A stretch of DNA of 64,000 nucleotides. Origin: Candidatus Bathyarchaeota archaeon B26-2. Its GTDB lineage: Archaea > Thermoproteota > Bathyarchaeia > Bathyarchaeales > B26-1. The translations under genes and the position numbers were made by a program. Shown one piece after another: positions 1 through 9,402 of the stretch (the stretch's first letter is position 1; each line of letters starts with the position of its first letter). The notes beneath the pieces were generated by a model. It ran no database searches, was not told the origin of the DNA, and saw only the letters and a program-made list of their open reading frames with translations. The stretch spans positions 21,602-85,601 of the forward strand of contig LUCE01000010.1 in assembly GCA_001593935.1 (NCBI GenBank). Reading direction: 5' to 3'.

Positions 1-216
1 CTCCAGCTCTCTCACGTTATGGGAGGCACGGACGCCGGGAGAATCCACATCCACCGAACCGGATGTCCAAGCGTCGTCATCAGTGTGCCGACGAGGCACA
101 TACACAGCCATGTTGGAATATTGAGCCTAGAAGACGTCGAGAACGCCTCCAAACTCGTTGTAGAACTCGTTAAGAGGCTGGATGAGAAGACTGTTAAGAG
201 CTTTATGCCCCTCTAG
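1..216 (+). CDS. M42 family metallopeptidase (FrvX / glutamyl aminopeptidase-like), C-terminal fragment; 5' end lies outside the window
   Basis: The frame is open from base 1. The C-terminal sequence GGTDAG...VISVPTRHIHS... matches the conserved C-terminus of M42 aminopeptidases. Confidence 0.7.
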   Translation, partial: LQLSHVMGGTDAGRIHIHRTGCPSVVISVPTRHIHSHVGILSLEDVENASKLVVELVKRLDEKTVKSFMPL

Positions 217-484
217 ACCTACCGCATCATCCTGATTCCTTCCATGAATTCGGTGAGAAGGCTAACTTAGGAAGTAGTACGGTATAAGGAGCGGTTTTGA
301 AGGAGCCTCCGGGGCCAGGTGGGAGTGGTGAAGATGGTGTCCGGGTCTGAGCGACCCATACTCCGGGTCTTTTTATAAAGAGCGTACTGGATTCCAAGCT
401 AGATGAGAGGTTAAAAAGATTATATATTAGGGGAAATCAATTACATTTTTCCGGTAGGGTCGTCTCGTTGAGGAGGATATTTGA

Positions 485-1378
485 ATGCATAAACTATTTG
501 AGTGGAAGATTCTATCTGCCACATTGATTCTCGGTCTTATTAAGGGATTGATGGATATCTCCTCAACCTTCATCCCGATAATACTCCATGAGAGTGGCTA
601 CTCGACATATGAAGTGAGTATAAATATAGCGATGTTTAATGAGGCTCGATATCTAATCTGCCCAATTATAATGTTCATTCTGCTTTTTAAATTGGCTGAA
701 AGAAGGCTTATGAAGAAGATTTCCTCAATCATAATCTCCATAATGTTAGGAAGCCCACTCGGCTTATGGATAGGAGGTTTGATAGCATCAGTTTGGCTAA
801 GCTCATCCACTAAGACCTCATTAGCGGCTACTATCAGTTCTCTGAACTCCTCACTACCATACTCCCTACCCACTTACATACTCATTGGATTCGCATCAAT
901 TGCAGCTGCTCTAATAAATGAGAATTGGGATGATCTCCTAGCCAAAAGCAAAAATTATTATGGACAAACTGATAGGCCTCTTGGGATAGTTATAGTATCC
1001 ATATTATTTATGGTGGTTGGAATTTTAATAATCTTCCCACTTCTCCTAATCATACATACCATATCGTCAGCTTTAATATTCCGTGGAAGATTGATCACCT
1101 CCCTTAGCGTATTTCTGATGACGATCGTTGTAGCGGTAGGCTACGTCATAATTGGGGTAGGTCTCTATAGAGGTAGGAGATGGGGCTGGTTTTCAGCTTT
1201 AATCGGAACCCTTACGGGGCTACTTGTTCACACTGGATGGATCATCTCAGGCATCTTTACAGTCCAAACACTCCTCATCTACATCCTAATCTTACTCTTG
1301 AATAGTATAATATTGATTTATATTCTCCAACCTCATGTTAGAGAATACTTCCGAATAATAAATCCCCCAATAAGATAG
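485..1378 (+). CDS. Polytopic integral membrane protein, unknown function
   Basis: 297-aa ORF in an AT-rich stretch with many hydrophobic segments. GGAGG lies about 8 nt upstream of the ATG. No recognisable family motif. Confidence 0.5.
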   Translation: MHKLFEWKILSATLILGLIKGLMDISSTFIPIILHESGYSTYEVSINIAMFNEARYLICPIIMFILLFKLAERRLMKKISSIIISIMLGSPLGLWIGGLIASVWLSSSTKTSLAATISSLNSSLPYSLPTYILIGFASIAAALINENWDDLLAKSKNYYGQTDRPLGIVIVSILFMVVGILIIFPLLLIIHTISSALIFRGRLITSLSVFLMTIVVAVGYVIIGVGLYRGRRWGWFSALIGTLTGLLVHTGWIISGIFTVQTLLIYILILLLNSIILIYILQPHVREYFRIINPPIR

Positions 1379-1392
1379 TCCATCAAAATTAA

Positions 1393-1757
1393 TTTTATCG
1401 GCTTATCAATCTGCCCCTGGAAGATAAGGAGATTGAGGAGCTGAAGGAAATCATAGCTAGGGAGGGGCTAGATGAATACCTAATCACTAACGCGAAGAAT
1501 ATGCTATACCTAACTGGCTTCTCAGGTGGAATCCGACTTTTAATCCCATCTGATGGGGACGCCATCCTATTACGCAGAGGGTTAATTATGATGCGGCTGT
1601 GGCTTTCGCTAAGGAATATAGGTGGAGACTATCGATTATAGAGGGAACCTGAACGAGAAACTCTCTAATCAAATATTAAATTTGAAGCGTAGGCTTCGAC
1701 ATAATGGATGCCAAAACATACCAAAAGAAAGATGCAGAGGCTCCTAAAGGAAACTAG
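1393..1757 (+). pseudogene. Decayed remnant of the N-terminal (creatinase/prolidase-N) domain of an M24B Xaa-Pro aminopeptidase
   Basis: There is no start codon. Consecutive pieces of one domain sit in different frames: LDEYLITNAKNMLYLTGFSGG..IPSDGDAILL, then VNYDAAVAFAKEY, then VETIDYRGNLNEKLSNQI, then VGFDIMDAKTYQK. The catalytic pita-bread domain is absent. Confidence 0.5.
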
Positions 1758-1905
1758 GGATCGTAGAGAAGGAGATCAAAGAAAAACGGTCAACAAACAG
1801 AGATAAAAATAGATATTTAGACTGAAAAAGGGGATGGCGTCATGCCCGTATGTGAGATATGCGGTGAAGTTGTAGACAGGTGTACGCGTAAGGCATGGAG
1901 GGTTC

Positions 1906-4900
1906 CTACCAGTATTTGTATGGTAGGCTGTCCATATACTCGTTTAGAGAACGGATGACGGGTTCGCTGTGCGCTCGGTACTTGAGGACTCTGACGAGGG
2001 CTGAGGCCAGCTCCAAAGTTGTTACGACGGGTATATTGAACTCTACGGCTAGCCTCCGGATCGTGTACTCGTCTTCGAGTATGTCCTCATAACTGTTCGA
2101 GGCGTTCGTTAGAGGCATATTTATCACGAGGTCTATCTTTCGGTTTAGGAGATAATCTAGGATATTCGGCTTCTTCTCCGGCTCCTTAACCTTGTGAAGA
2201 ACCGTTATAGAGTTCAGACCCGCTCTACGTAGGGCCTCCGCCGTATGCTCAGTAGCGTAAATCCTGAACCCTAAGCTCTTCAGAACCCTCGCCACGGGGA
2301 TTATCCTCCTCTTCATCTCGTCCCCGCCGACAGTTATTAGGACGGAACCGCCCGGCTTCGGCAACGTGAACTCAACCGCCTCTAGGGCCTTGGAGAGGGC
2401 GTCAGCGAGGTTCTCCCCTAAACATGCGGCCTCACCGGTGCTCAACATCTCGACGCCTAAGACCGGGTCGGCTCCACTTAGACGCATGAAGCTGAATTGG
2501 GGAACCTTCACCCCCACGTGCTGGATGGGAGGAGGATCCTTTATCTCGAGGTCCTTGATCTTCTTTCCGAGTATTATGGCGGTCGAGACCTCTATCAGGT
2601 TGATGCCTCTCGTCTTGCTAACGTAGGGGAGGCTCCTCGAGGCCCTGAGGTTGCACTCTATAACGGAGACCTCCCCATTCTTGACCAGATACTGAATATT
2701 GAACGGGCCCTTGATCTTGAGGGCTCTCGCTATTGCACGTGAATACTCCTCTATCTTCCCGATTATGTTGATGCTTAGGGTTTGAGGAGGTATACTCATA
2801 ACAGCGTCTCCGCTGTGAACCCCCGCCTGCTCGATATGCTCTATGATGGCGCCTATGATCGTCTCCTCGCCGTCTGAGACCCCGTCTACCTCAACCTCCT
2901 TCGCCCCCTCCACAAACTTTGAGATCACAACAGGATATTCAGGTGAGACGCTCGCCGCCAGTTCTAAGTACTCCCTAAGCTCCTTACTGCTGTATGCAAC
3001 CCTCATGGCGTACCCAGAGAGGACGTAGCTAGGACGGATTAGAACAGGGTATCCTATCTCCTCGGCGAACCTCTCCGCGTCCTCTATCGTTGTGAGCTTG
3101 CTCCATTTTGGTTGAGGTATGCCTAACCGGTCGAGGAGGGCGCTGAACTTGGACCTGTCCTCAGCCAAGTCTATACTCTCACCTGGAGTCCCGAGAAGCC
3201 TAACACCGGACTTGGCGAGCTTCAACGCCAAGTTGTTGGGAATCTGGCCTCCAACGCTCGCTATAACCCCGATGGGCCGCTCCTTATCGCATATATCGAG
3301 GATACGCTCCAGAGTAATCTCCTCAAAGTATAGTTTGTCGGAGATATCGTAGTCCGTAGAGACCGTCTCAGGGTTGTAGTTGATCATTATGGCCTCGTCT
3401 ATTCCTTGCCTCTTTAAGGCCCAGATTGTGTTGACGCCGCTCCAGTCAAACTCGACGCTCGACCCGATCCTAAAGACCCCGGCTCCGAGGACTATTACTT
3501 TCCTCCTACCCGAGGCGAAGTCGACATCGTCTTCGTCTCCATGGTAGGTTAGGTAAAGGTAATTCGTTTGAGCCGGCCACTCAGCCGCGAGGGTATCGAT
3601 CTGCTTCACAACCGGGATTATCCCATGCCTCTTCCTTAGGCTTCTTACGTCTAGCTCTGCCAAGCCGAAGGCCTTGGCGATCTGGATATCCGAGAAGCCG
3701 AGGCGTTTGGCCTCGCGAACCGCTTCCACAACCTCTCGGCTGCCGAGGTCTCTTCCCTTGAGAGCCTTCAGCCGGCTCTCCATCTCGATTATGTGCCTTA
3801 TCTTGTTAAGGAACCAGGGATCAACCCCGCTGAGCTCATAGACCTCTTTGATCGATAGACCCATCTTTAGGGCTTTAACTATCTTGAAGAGCCTCTCGTC
3901 AGTCGGGTTCCTCAATACGTCTCTTATGCTCTCTATCGGCTCGGGTTGGTCCTCGTCGCCGTTCGAGACTAGGCCTACCTTCCCTATGTCGAGCATGCGG
4001 ACGGCCTTCTGGATCGCCTCCTCGAAGGTTCTTCCGATCGCCATGACCTCTCCGACGGACTTCATCTGGGGGCCAAGATGCGGGTCCACGTTCCTGAACT
4101 TGCGTAGGTCCCAGCGCGGAATCTTGACGACGATGTAGTCTAGGGCAGGCTCAAAACACGCGGTCGTCACCCCGGTAACCTTGTTTATCAGTTCTGGAAG
4201 GAGGTAGCCGATCGCCAGCTTCGTCGCTATGTACGCGAGTGGGTAGCCTGTCGCCTTGCTGGCTAAGGCTGAGCTCCTCGACATTCGGGCGTTGACCTCG
4301 ATGGCTCTGTGCTCTTCCGACCTCTGATGGAGCGCCCACTGGATGTTACATTCCCCAACTATGCCCAAGCTCTGGACGACCTTTATCGATTCTGAGCGGA
4401 GTATGTGGTACTCTCTGTTTGTCAGCGTCTGGGAAGGCGCTACGACGATCGAGTCTCCCGTGTGGACGCCCATGGGATCGAAGTTCTCCATGTTGCAGAC
4501 CGTTAAGCAGTTGTTCTCGTAGTCGCGCATAACCTCGTACTCAACCTCCTTCCAGTGGCCGATATACTCCTCCACGAGGACCTGCGTGATCATGCTCTGG
4601 GCTAGGGCTCTGCCAGCTATCTCCTTCAGTTCCTTCTCGTTGTAAGCGACTCCTGAACCCTTTCCACCGAGGGTGTACGCAACCCTCAGTATAACTGGGT
4701 AGCCCAGCTCGTCGGCTATCTTGAGCGCTTCCTCAACGGAGGTCGCCGACATGCTTCTAGGCACTGGTATGCCCGCCTTTATCATGGCTTGCCTGAAGAG
4801 TTCACGGTCCTCCGTATCCTCGATGGCCTTGATGGGCGTCCCGAGGACCTTCACATCGTACTCGTCGAGTATGCCTAACTTGGCTAGCTGAACCCCGCAG

Positions 4901-5190
4901 TTTAATGCTGTCTGCCCTCCGAAGCCGAGGAGAATCCCGTCCGGCCTCTCCCTCTCTATAACCCTCCTGACGTACTCCGGCGTGACGGGTAACAAGTAGA
5001 CCTTACCGGCCAACCTAGGATCGGTCTGGATCGTAGCTATATTCGGGTTGATGAGGACTGTTTCGATTCCCTCCTCCCTCAGAGCCTTCAGGCACTGGCT
5101 TCCGGAATAGTCGAACTCCGCGGCCTCACCGATCTTTATGGGGCCGCTTCCCAAGACCACGACCTTGCGAAGCCACTCGAACCTAGGCAT
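1906..5190 (-). CDS. carB: Carbamoyl-phosphate synthase large subunit
   Basis: 1094 aa with duplicated ATP-grasp halves (VLGSGPIKIGEAAEFDYSG... and VLGAGVFRIGSSVEFDWSG...) and a C-terminal MGS-like domain. Lies 1 nt downstream of carA. Confidence 0.97.
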   Translation of the reverse strand: MPRFEWLRKVVVLGSGPIKIGEAAEFDYSGSQCLKALREEGIETVLINPNIATIQTDPRLAGKVYLLPVTPEYVRRVIERERPDGILLGFGGQTALNCGVQLAKLGILDEYDVKVLGTPIKAIEDTEDRELFRQAMIKAGIPVPRSMSATSVEEALKIADELGYPVILRVAYTLGGKGSGVAYNEKELKEIAGRALAQSMITQVLVEEYIGHWKEVEYEVMRDYENNCLTVCNMENFDPMGVHTGDSIVVAPSQTLTNREYHILRSESIKVVQSLGIVGECNIQWALHQRSEEHRAIEVNARMSRSSALASKATGYPLAYIATKLAIGYLLPELINKVTGVTTACFEPALDYIVVKIPRWDLRKFRNVDPHLGPQMKSVGEVMAIGRTFEEAIQKAVRMLDIGKVGLVSNGDEDQPEPIESIRDVLRNPTDERLFKIVKALKMGLSIKEVYELSGVDPWFLNKIRHIIEMESRLKALKGRDLGSREVVEAVREAKRLGFSDIQIAKAFGLAELDVRSLRKRHGIIPVVKQIDTLAAEWPAQTNYLYLTYHGDEDDVDFASGRRKVIVLGAGVFRIGSSVEFDWSGVNTIWALKRQGIDEAIMINYNPETVSTDYDISDKLYFEEITLERILDICDKERPIGVIASVGGQIPNNLALKLAKSGVRLLGTPGESIDLAEDRSKFSALLDRLGIPQPKWSKLTTIEDAERFAEEIGYPVLIRPSYVLSGYAMRVAYSSKELREYLELAASVSPEYPVVISKFVEGAKEVEVDGVSDGEETIIGAIIEHIEQAGVHSGDAVMSIPPQTLSINIIGKIEEYSRAIARALKIKGPFNIQYLVKNGEVSVIECNLRASRSLPYVSKTRGINLIEVSTAIILGKKIKDLEIKDPPPIQHVGVKVPQFSFMRLSGADPVLGVEMLSTGEAACLGENLADALSKALEAVEFTLPKPGGSVLITVGGDEMKRRIIPVARVLKSLGFRIYATEHTAEALRRAGLNSITVLHKVKEPEKKPNILDYLLNRKIDLVINMPLTNASNSYEDILEDEYTIRRLAVEFNIPVVTTLELASALVRVLKYRAHSEPVIRSLNEYMDSLPYKYW

Positions 5191-5191
5191 A

Positions 5192-6358
5192 TTAGGGTTT
5201 CACCCCTAGTCTGTCCAGAAACTCGTCGAAGAGGAACTCGGTGTCGTAGGGTCCGGGGGAGGCTTCTGGGTGCCACTGGAGGGCGAACGACCTCCCACCC
5301 TCGTACTTTAAGCCTTCAACAGTCTTGTCATTCGCGTTTATGAACCAGACCTTGAGGCCCGTTCCATCGAGAGAGTTCGGTTCAACGGCGTAGCCGTGGT
5401 TCTGAGTTGTTATGTAGCATCGACCGCTCTCTAGGTCGTAGGCCGGCTGGTTCTGAGACCTATGCCCATACTTCAGCTTATACGTGTCGCCTCCCAGAGC
5501 CAGTGCAAGTATCTGTGTTCCTAGACAGATACCCATCGTTGGTATGCCCTCCTCGATTATCCCCCTCACAGCCTCGATCGTTGATGTACACCTCTTCGGG
5601 TCTCCAGGCCCGTTGCTCACCAAGACCCCGTCGGGCTTATACTCAAGAATCTCGTCGCATGAGAAGTCGTATGGGACCCTCACAACATCAACCTTACGTC
5701 TAAGTAGGTTTCTCAGTATGCCTCCCTTGACGCCGCAGTCTATGAGAACCACCAGCCTCTCTCCACTGGTCTCGTAGTGTATAGGCTCTTTGACCGTAAC
5801 GTCCTTGACTAGATCGGTCTCGTTCGGGTCCGGAACATCCTTTACCTCTCTGAACAGCCGGTCGAGGTCCGGCTCCTCACCTTCACCGTACACTTCAAGG
5901 ATTCCAAGCATAACCCCGTGTTCCCTAAGCCTCTTGGTCAACCGGCGGGTGTCGATTCCCCATATTCCCGGGATACCCTCGTCCCTGAGCCACTCGTCTA
6001 GACTACGTTTCGACGCCCAATGCGAGGGCTCCATACAGAGCTCTTGGATGACGAGGCCTCTCACCTTTATCCCGATAGACTCGAAATGTATGGGAACCCC
6101 GAGAAACTTATCCTCGTACGACGGAACTCCATAGTTCCCGACGAGAGGATAAGTCAAGGTTAGGATCTGACCGTGATAAGAAGGGTCTGTCAGAGACTCT
6201 GGGTAACCGACCATAGACGTGGAGAAGACGACCTCCCCAGAGACCTTTCCAACACTGCCAAAACCATGCCCGATGAAGAACGTGCCGTCCTCAAGGATCA
6301 GAACAGCCTTACCGGCCTTTTGAGGACGTGAACCTGCTCCCAAACGACCCAGCCTCAA
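5192..6358 (-). CDS. carA: Carbamoyl-phosphate synthase small (glutaminase) subunit
   Basis: 388 aa. Class-I glutamine amidotransferase motif GICLGTQ and a C-terminal QWHPE, N-terminal CPSase small-chain domain, adjacent to carB. Confidence 0.95.
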   Translation of the reverse strand: MRLGRLGAGSRPQKAGKAVLILEDGTFFIGHGFGSVGKVSGEVVFSTSMVGYPESLTDPSYHGQILTLTYPLVGNYGVPSYEDKFLGVPIHFESIGIKVRGLVIQELCMEPSHWASKRSLDEWLRDEGIPGIWGIDTRRLTKRLREHGVMLGILEVYGEGEEPDLDRLFREVKDVPDPNETDLVKDVTVKEPIHYETSGERLVVLIDCGVKGGILRNLLRRKVDVVRVPYDFSCDEILEYKPDGVLVSNGPGDPKRCTSTIEAVRGIIEEGIPTMGICLGTQILALALGGDTYKLKYGHRSQNQPAYDLESGRCYITTQNHGYAVEPNSLDGTGLKVWFINANDKTVEGLKYEGGRSFALQWHPEASPGPYDTEFLFDEFLDRLGVKP

Positions 6359-6498
6359 CCAATATTGACCCTAACTTTTAAGTCTTACGGTCTTGATCAC
6401 TTGTTGATTTGAGTTCCGTTCAGCCTCCTTTTGTCGGTCTCAAGCCATCTAAATTTATGAGCCGCCGACTTCTCAGAGGGTCTTCGGCCTCTGGAGGG

Positions 6499-7731
6499 CT
6501 ATCGTTTTTGTGTTTGTTCTCCTCCCTCTTTCTTCCCTAACCGCCTCTTGAGCTCGTTAGCGGCTTTCGTCGGTAGGCCCCATAGTTCTATGAACCCCGC
6601 TGAGAGAGACTGGTCGAAGGTTGTCTTGATGTCGTATGTAGCTAAGTTGAGGTCGTAGAGAGAGACTGGAGAAGAACGGCCGACAACTCTTAATCCGCCC
6701 TTATACAACTTGACTTTGACTTCACCAAAGACGCGTTCCTGAGTCTTATCGATGAAGGCGTCTAGGGCTTCTTTCAGAGGGTCTGACCAAAGCCCTGCGT
6801 AGGTTAGGAAGGCCCACTCGGCATCGATATGTTGTTTGAATAGGAGTTCGTGGCGTGTTAGGACAAGCTTCTCGAGGTCTTTGTGAGCCTCAATTATGAT
6901 CGTGGCCGCTGGACACTCGTAGACTTCACGGGACTTTATCCCCACGAGCCTATCCTCGACGTGGTCGATCCTCCCGACGCCGTGTCTACAGCCAGTCTCG
7001 TTGACTGTCTCTATGAGGCTTACGGGGTTCATCTCCTCCCCATTCACAGCAATCGGAACGCCGCACTCAAACTTTATCCTCAAGTATTCCGGTGTATCAG
7101 GAGCCTTCTCCGGCGAAACCGTCCACTCGTAGACGTCCTCGGGAGGTTCTTCCTCCGGATACTCCAAGACTCCGCACTCGATAGATCTGCCCCAGAGGTT
7201 CTGGTCCACACTATACGGCTTGGTCACATCCACGGGAATCGGTATTCCGTTGGCTTTGGCGAACTCGATCTCGGCGTCTCGAGTCATCCCCCACTCTCGC
7301 ACGGGCGCGATCACCTTAAGGTTTGGGGCTAGGGCCTTAACCGTGACTTCTATACGAACTTGGTCGTTTCCCTTCCCGGTGCATCCGTGGGCGACGGCTT
7401 GAGCTCCCTCCTTCAAGGCCACCTCGACGAGCTTTGAGGCTATCAGCGGACGGGACAAAGCCGTGCTGACCGGGTACTTCCCTTCGTAGAGAGCGTTGGC
7501 CTTGATTGCCGGGAAAACGTAGTCCTCGACGAACTCTTCCCGGGCATCTATGGAGTAGTGCTTCAACGCTCCGAGGCTTACAGCCTTCTCTTCGATCGCC
7601 TTTAGGTCCTCCTTCTGTCCAACATCAAGCGTCACAGTTATGACATCAGAGTTGTACTTCTGCTGTATCCACTTGAGCAAGACCGATGTGTCGAGACCTC
7701 CAGAGTACGCTAGGACTATCTTCTTCTTCAT
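6499..7731 (-). CDS. argG: Argininosuccinate synthase
   Basis: 410 aa with N-terminal AYSGGLDTS ATP-binding motif and overall ArgG-like sequence. Confidence 0.96.
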   Translation of the reverse strand: MKKKIVLAYSGGLDTSVLLKWIQQKYNSDVITVTLDVGQKEDLKAIEEKAVSLGALKHYSIDAREEFVEDYVFPAIKANALYEGKYPVSTALSRPLIASKLVEVALKEGAQAVAHGCTGKGNDQVRIEVTVKALAPNLKVIAPVREWGMTRDAEIEFAKANGIPIPVDVTKPYSVDQNLWGRSIECGVLEYPEEEPPEDVYEWTVSPEKAPDTPEYLRIKFECGVPIAVNGEEMNPVSLIETVNETGCRHGVGRIDHVEDRLVGIKSREVYECPAATIIIEAHKDLEKLVLTRHELLFKQHIDAEWAFLTYAGLWSDPLKEALDAFIDKTQERVFGEVKVKLYKGGLRVVGRSSPVSLYDLNLATYDIKTTFDQSLSAGFIELWGLPTKAANELKRRLGKKEGGEQTQKR

Positions 7732-7766
7732 GAACGATCATCTCTAGGTTATGATGAGGGCGGAGA

Positions 7767-7780
7767 AAGTTTATATATTC
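7767..7780. promoter_or_regulatory. AT-rich TATA-like element (AAAGTTTATATATT) in the divergent argG / 7825 intergenic region
   Basis: Only strong TATA-like sequence in the 93-nt divergent spacer, about 40 nt from the argG start and about 50 nt from the 7825 start. Confidence 0.3.
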
Positions 7781-7824
7781 TTTTTGGTCAAAAATGTTCA
7801 GAAATCTGATGTAGATGGTCAGAA

Positions 7825-8514
7825 TTGGTCAAGAGGTCCGGGGCCTCCATCTCTAAGGTCGTTAAGGCCCTAATAGACGAGGAGCCTGCGGTGCAGGATG
7901 CTCTGGAGAGGGGATACGCGAACATAAGCGCTGTTGCTAGGATGTTAAGGCCGAGGGTGGAGAAGGCTCTGGGGAGGAAGGTTACGCTCGAGGGCCTCAT
8001 AACCTCAGTCAAGAGAGTTAGGGTCGACTACAAGCCGAGCCGAGAGTACTTGAAGATTATAGCTGGCAGCGTCATAAGTCTGAGGACGGATGTGGCGAAG
8101 GTCTCTCTGGAGAAGACTAGGAGAACTCTTGAGGCGACTAGGAGAACCTTAGCGGAACTCACCGAGGCCTTTCTACAGGTTTTGGAGGGGACGACCACGA
8201 TCACCCTCGTGATGGACGACAGCGTCTTCAATAGAGTTTGCTCCATGTTTCAGAGAGGAGATATACTCGACGAGAAGAGGAACCTAGCGGCCCTAATCGT
8301 CCAGAGTCCACGCGAGATCGTGGAGACTCCGGGCTGTGTCGTCGCCTTCTACAACCCCATCTCGAGGGCTCAGATAAACATTGAAGAGACGGTTAGCTGC
8401 TACACTGAGACCATAATCCTGCTGCGGATGGAGGACGCTGGTAGAGCCCTCTCGATATTAACAGACTTGATAGCGAGGGCAAGGGAGAACATCAAAGTAG
8501 AAACACGAGGCTAA
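7825..8514 (+). CDS. Putative HTH + ACT-domain regulator (COG2150-like predicted regulator of amino-acid metabolism)
   Basis: 229 aa with a TTG start. The N-terminus is HTH-like (ISKVVKALIDEEPAVQDALERGYANISAVARML). The C-terminus is ACT-like (ALIVQSPREIVETPGCVVAFYNPISRAQINIEE...ETIILLRMEDAGRAL). Divergent from argG. Confidence 0.45.
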   Translation: MVKRSGASISKVVKALIDEEPAVQDALERGYANISAVARMLRPRVEKALGRKVTLEGLITSVKRVRVDYKPSREYLKIIAGSVISLRTDVAKVSLEKTRRTLEATRRTLAELTEAFLQVLEGTTTITLVMDDSVFNRVCSMFQRGDILDEKRNLAALIVQSPREIVETPGCVVAFYNPISRAQINIEETVSCYTETIILLRMEDAGRALSILTDLIARARENIKVETRG

Positions 8515-9113
8515 ATCAGCCCCAGCCTTTCGAGCTCCTCTCTTAAAAGCCTGAAGTCCCTCTCCAGGTACTCCTTAAGCCTAACGTTATAGAGAGCCGC
8601 CGCCGGATGAAAGGTCGGAAGTATGTGGACCTCCGTACCCCAGAATCTAGCTCTGTAAATCTTTCCCCTAACAGCAGTTATTCCGCTGACCATGTACCCG
8701 GCTTTGGAGAGCATATACATGGCTGAATGCCTTCCGAGAGTAACTATGACTTCAGGTCTCATCAACTCAAGTTGGCGGTCTAGGAAAGGCGTACATGCCT
8801 TGACCTCCTCGGGTCTTGGGTCCCTGTTCCCAGGCGGCCTACACTTCAATATGTTTGTTATATACACGTCCTCTCTGGAGAGGCCTACACCCAGAAGAGT
8901 CTCCTCTAAGAGCCTACCAGCCGCTCCCACGAAGGGGCGGCCCTTCACGTCCTCCCAGTATCCCGGAGCCTCCCCGATGAAGACTGCTAGAGGGCTTAGG
9001 CTTCCCTCACCGGGAACAGTGTTTCGACGCCCCTTCCAGAGGCCGCACTTACGACAATTCCGTATCTCCTCAACGATGAGCCTCATAGCCTCAATCCTAG
9101 AATCTTCGGGCAT
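8511..9113 (-). CDS. udg: Uracil-DNA glycosylase, family 4 (thermostable Fe-S type)
   Basis: CRKCGL...GEG...FIGEAPG..ED..GRPFVG.AG..L and ITNILKCRPPGNRDP motifs typical of family-4 UDG. Confidence 0.9.
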   Translation of the reverse strand: MPEDSRIEAMRLIVEEIRNCRKCGLWKGRRNTVPGEGSLSPLAVFIGEAPGYWEDVKGRPFVGAAGRLLEETLLGVGLSREDVYITNILKCRPPGNRDPRPEEVKACTPFLDRQLELMRPEVIVTLGRHSAMYMLSKAGYMVSGITAVRGKIYRARFWGTEVHILPTFHPAAALYNVRLKEYLERDFRLLREELERLGLI

Positions 9114-9195
9114 CAGACATCCCGCCTAGACCTTCCGTTATAGGGTTATATAGTTGTTCATTAAAAGTATGAGTGGTGATTAGGAGGCTAAAATT

Positions 9196-9348
9196 GTGGT
9201 TGTCCTAGCTACGGCTAAGGTGGCGAAAGACTACAGAATAACCTTACCAAAGGAGGTACGGGAGTTCCTCAATCTTGAAGCGGGATGCACACTGGTCTTC
9301 TTCACGATTGAGGGGAGGAAAGGCGCGGTCTGCATGAGGAAGGCCTAA
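9196..9348 (+). CDS. AbrB/MazE/SpoVT-family small DNA-binding protein (antitoxin-like), 50 aa
   Basis: Below the ORF-track size cut-off. GTG start preceded by GGAGG. AKVAKDYRITLPKEVREFLNLEAG matches the SpoVT-AbrB swapped-hairpin motif. Confidence 0.6.
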   Translation: MVVLATAKVAKDYRITLPKEVREFLNLEAGCTLVFFTIEGRKGAVCMRKA

Positions 9349-9402
9349 CCCGCAGTCACGTCGCTGGGAGAAAAAGGGAGTAGACCTTTACCTATCCAAC
9401 CA

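Noticed and set aside
1842-1958. 38-aa ORF MPVCEICGEVVDRCTRKAW... with an upstream TATA-like box
   Set aside because: It has only one clear CxxC. Its last ~50 nt run antisense into the carB 3' end, and no family motif is present. It could be real, but the sequence alone does not support it.
7751-7810. Possible C/D-box sRNA (ATGATGA ... CTGA about 55 nt apart) in the argG/7825 spacer
   Set aside because: No internal D'/C' boxes and no terminal stem. The interval is better explained by the divergent promoter's TATA element.
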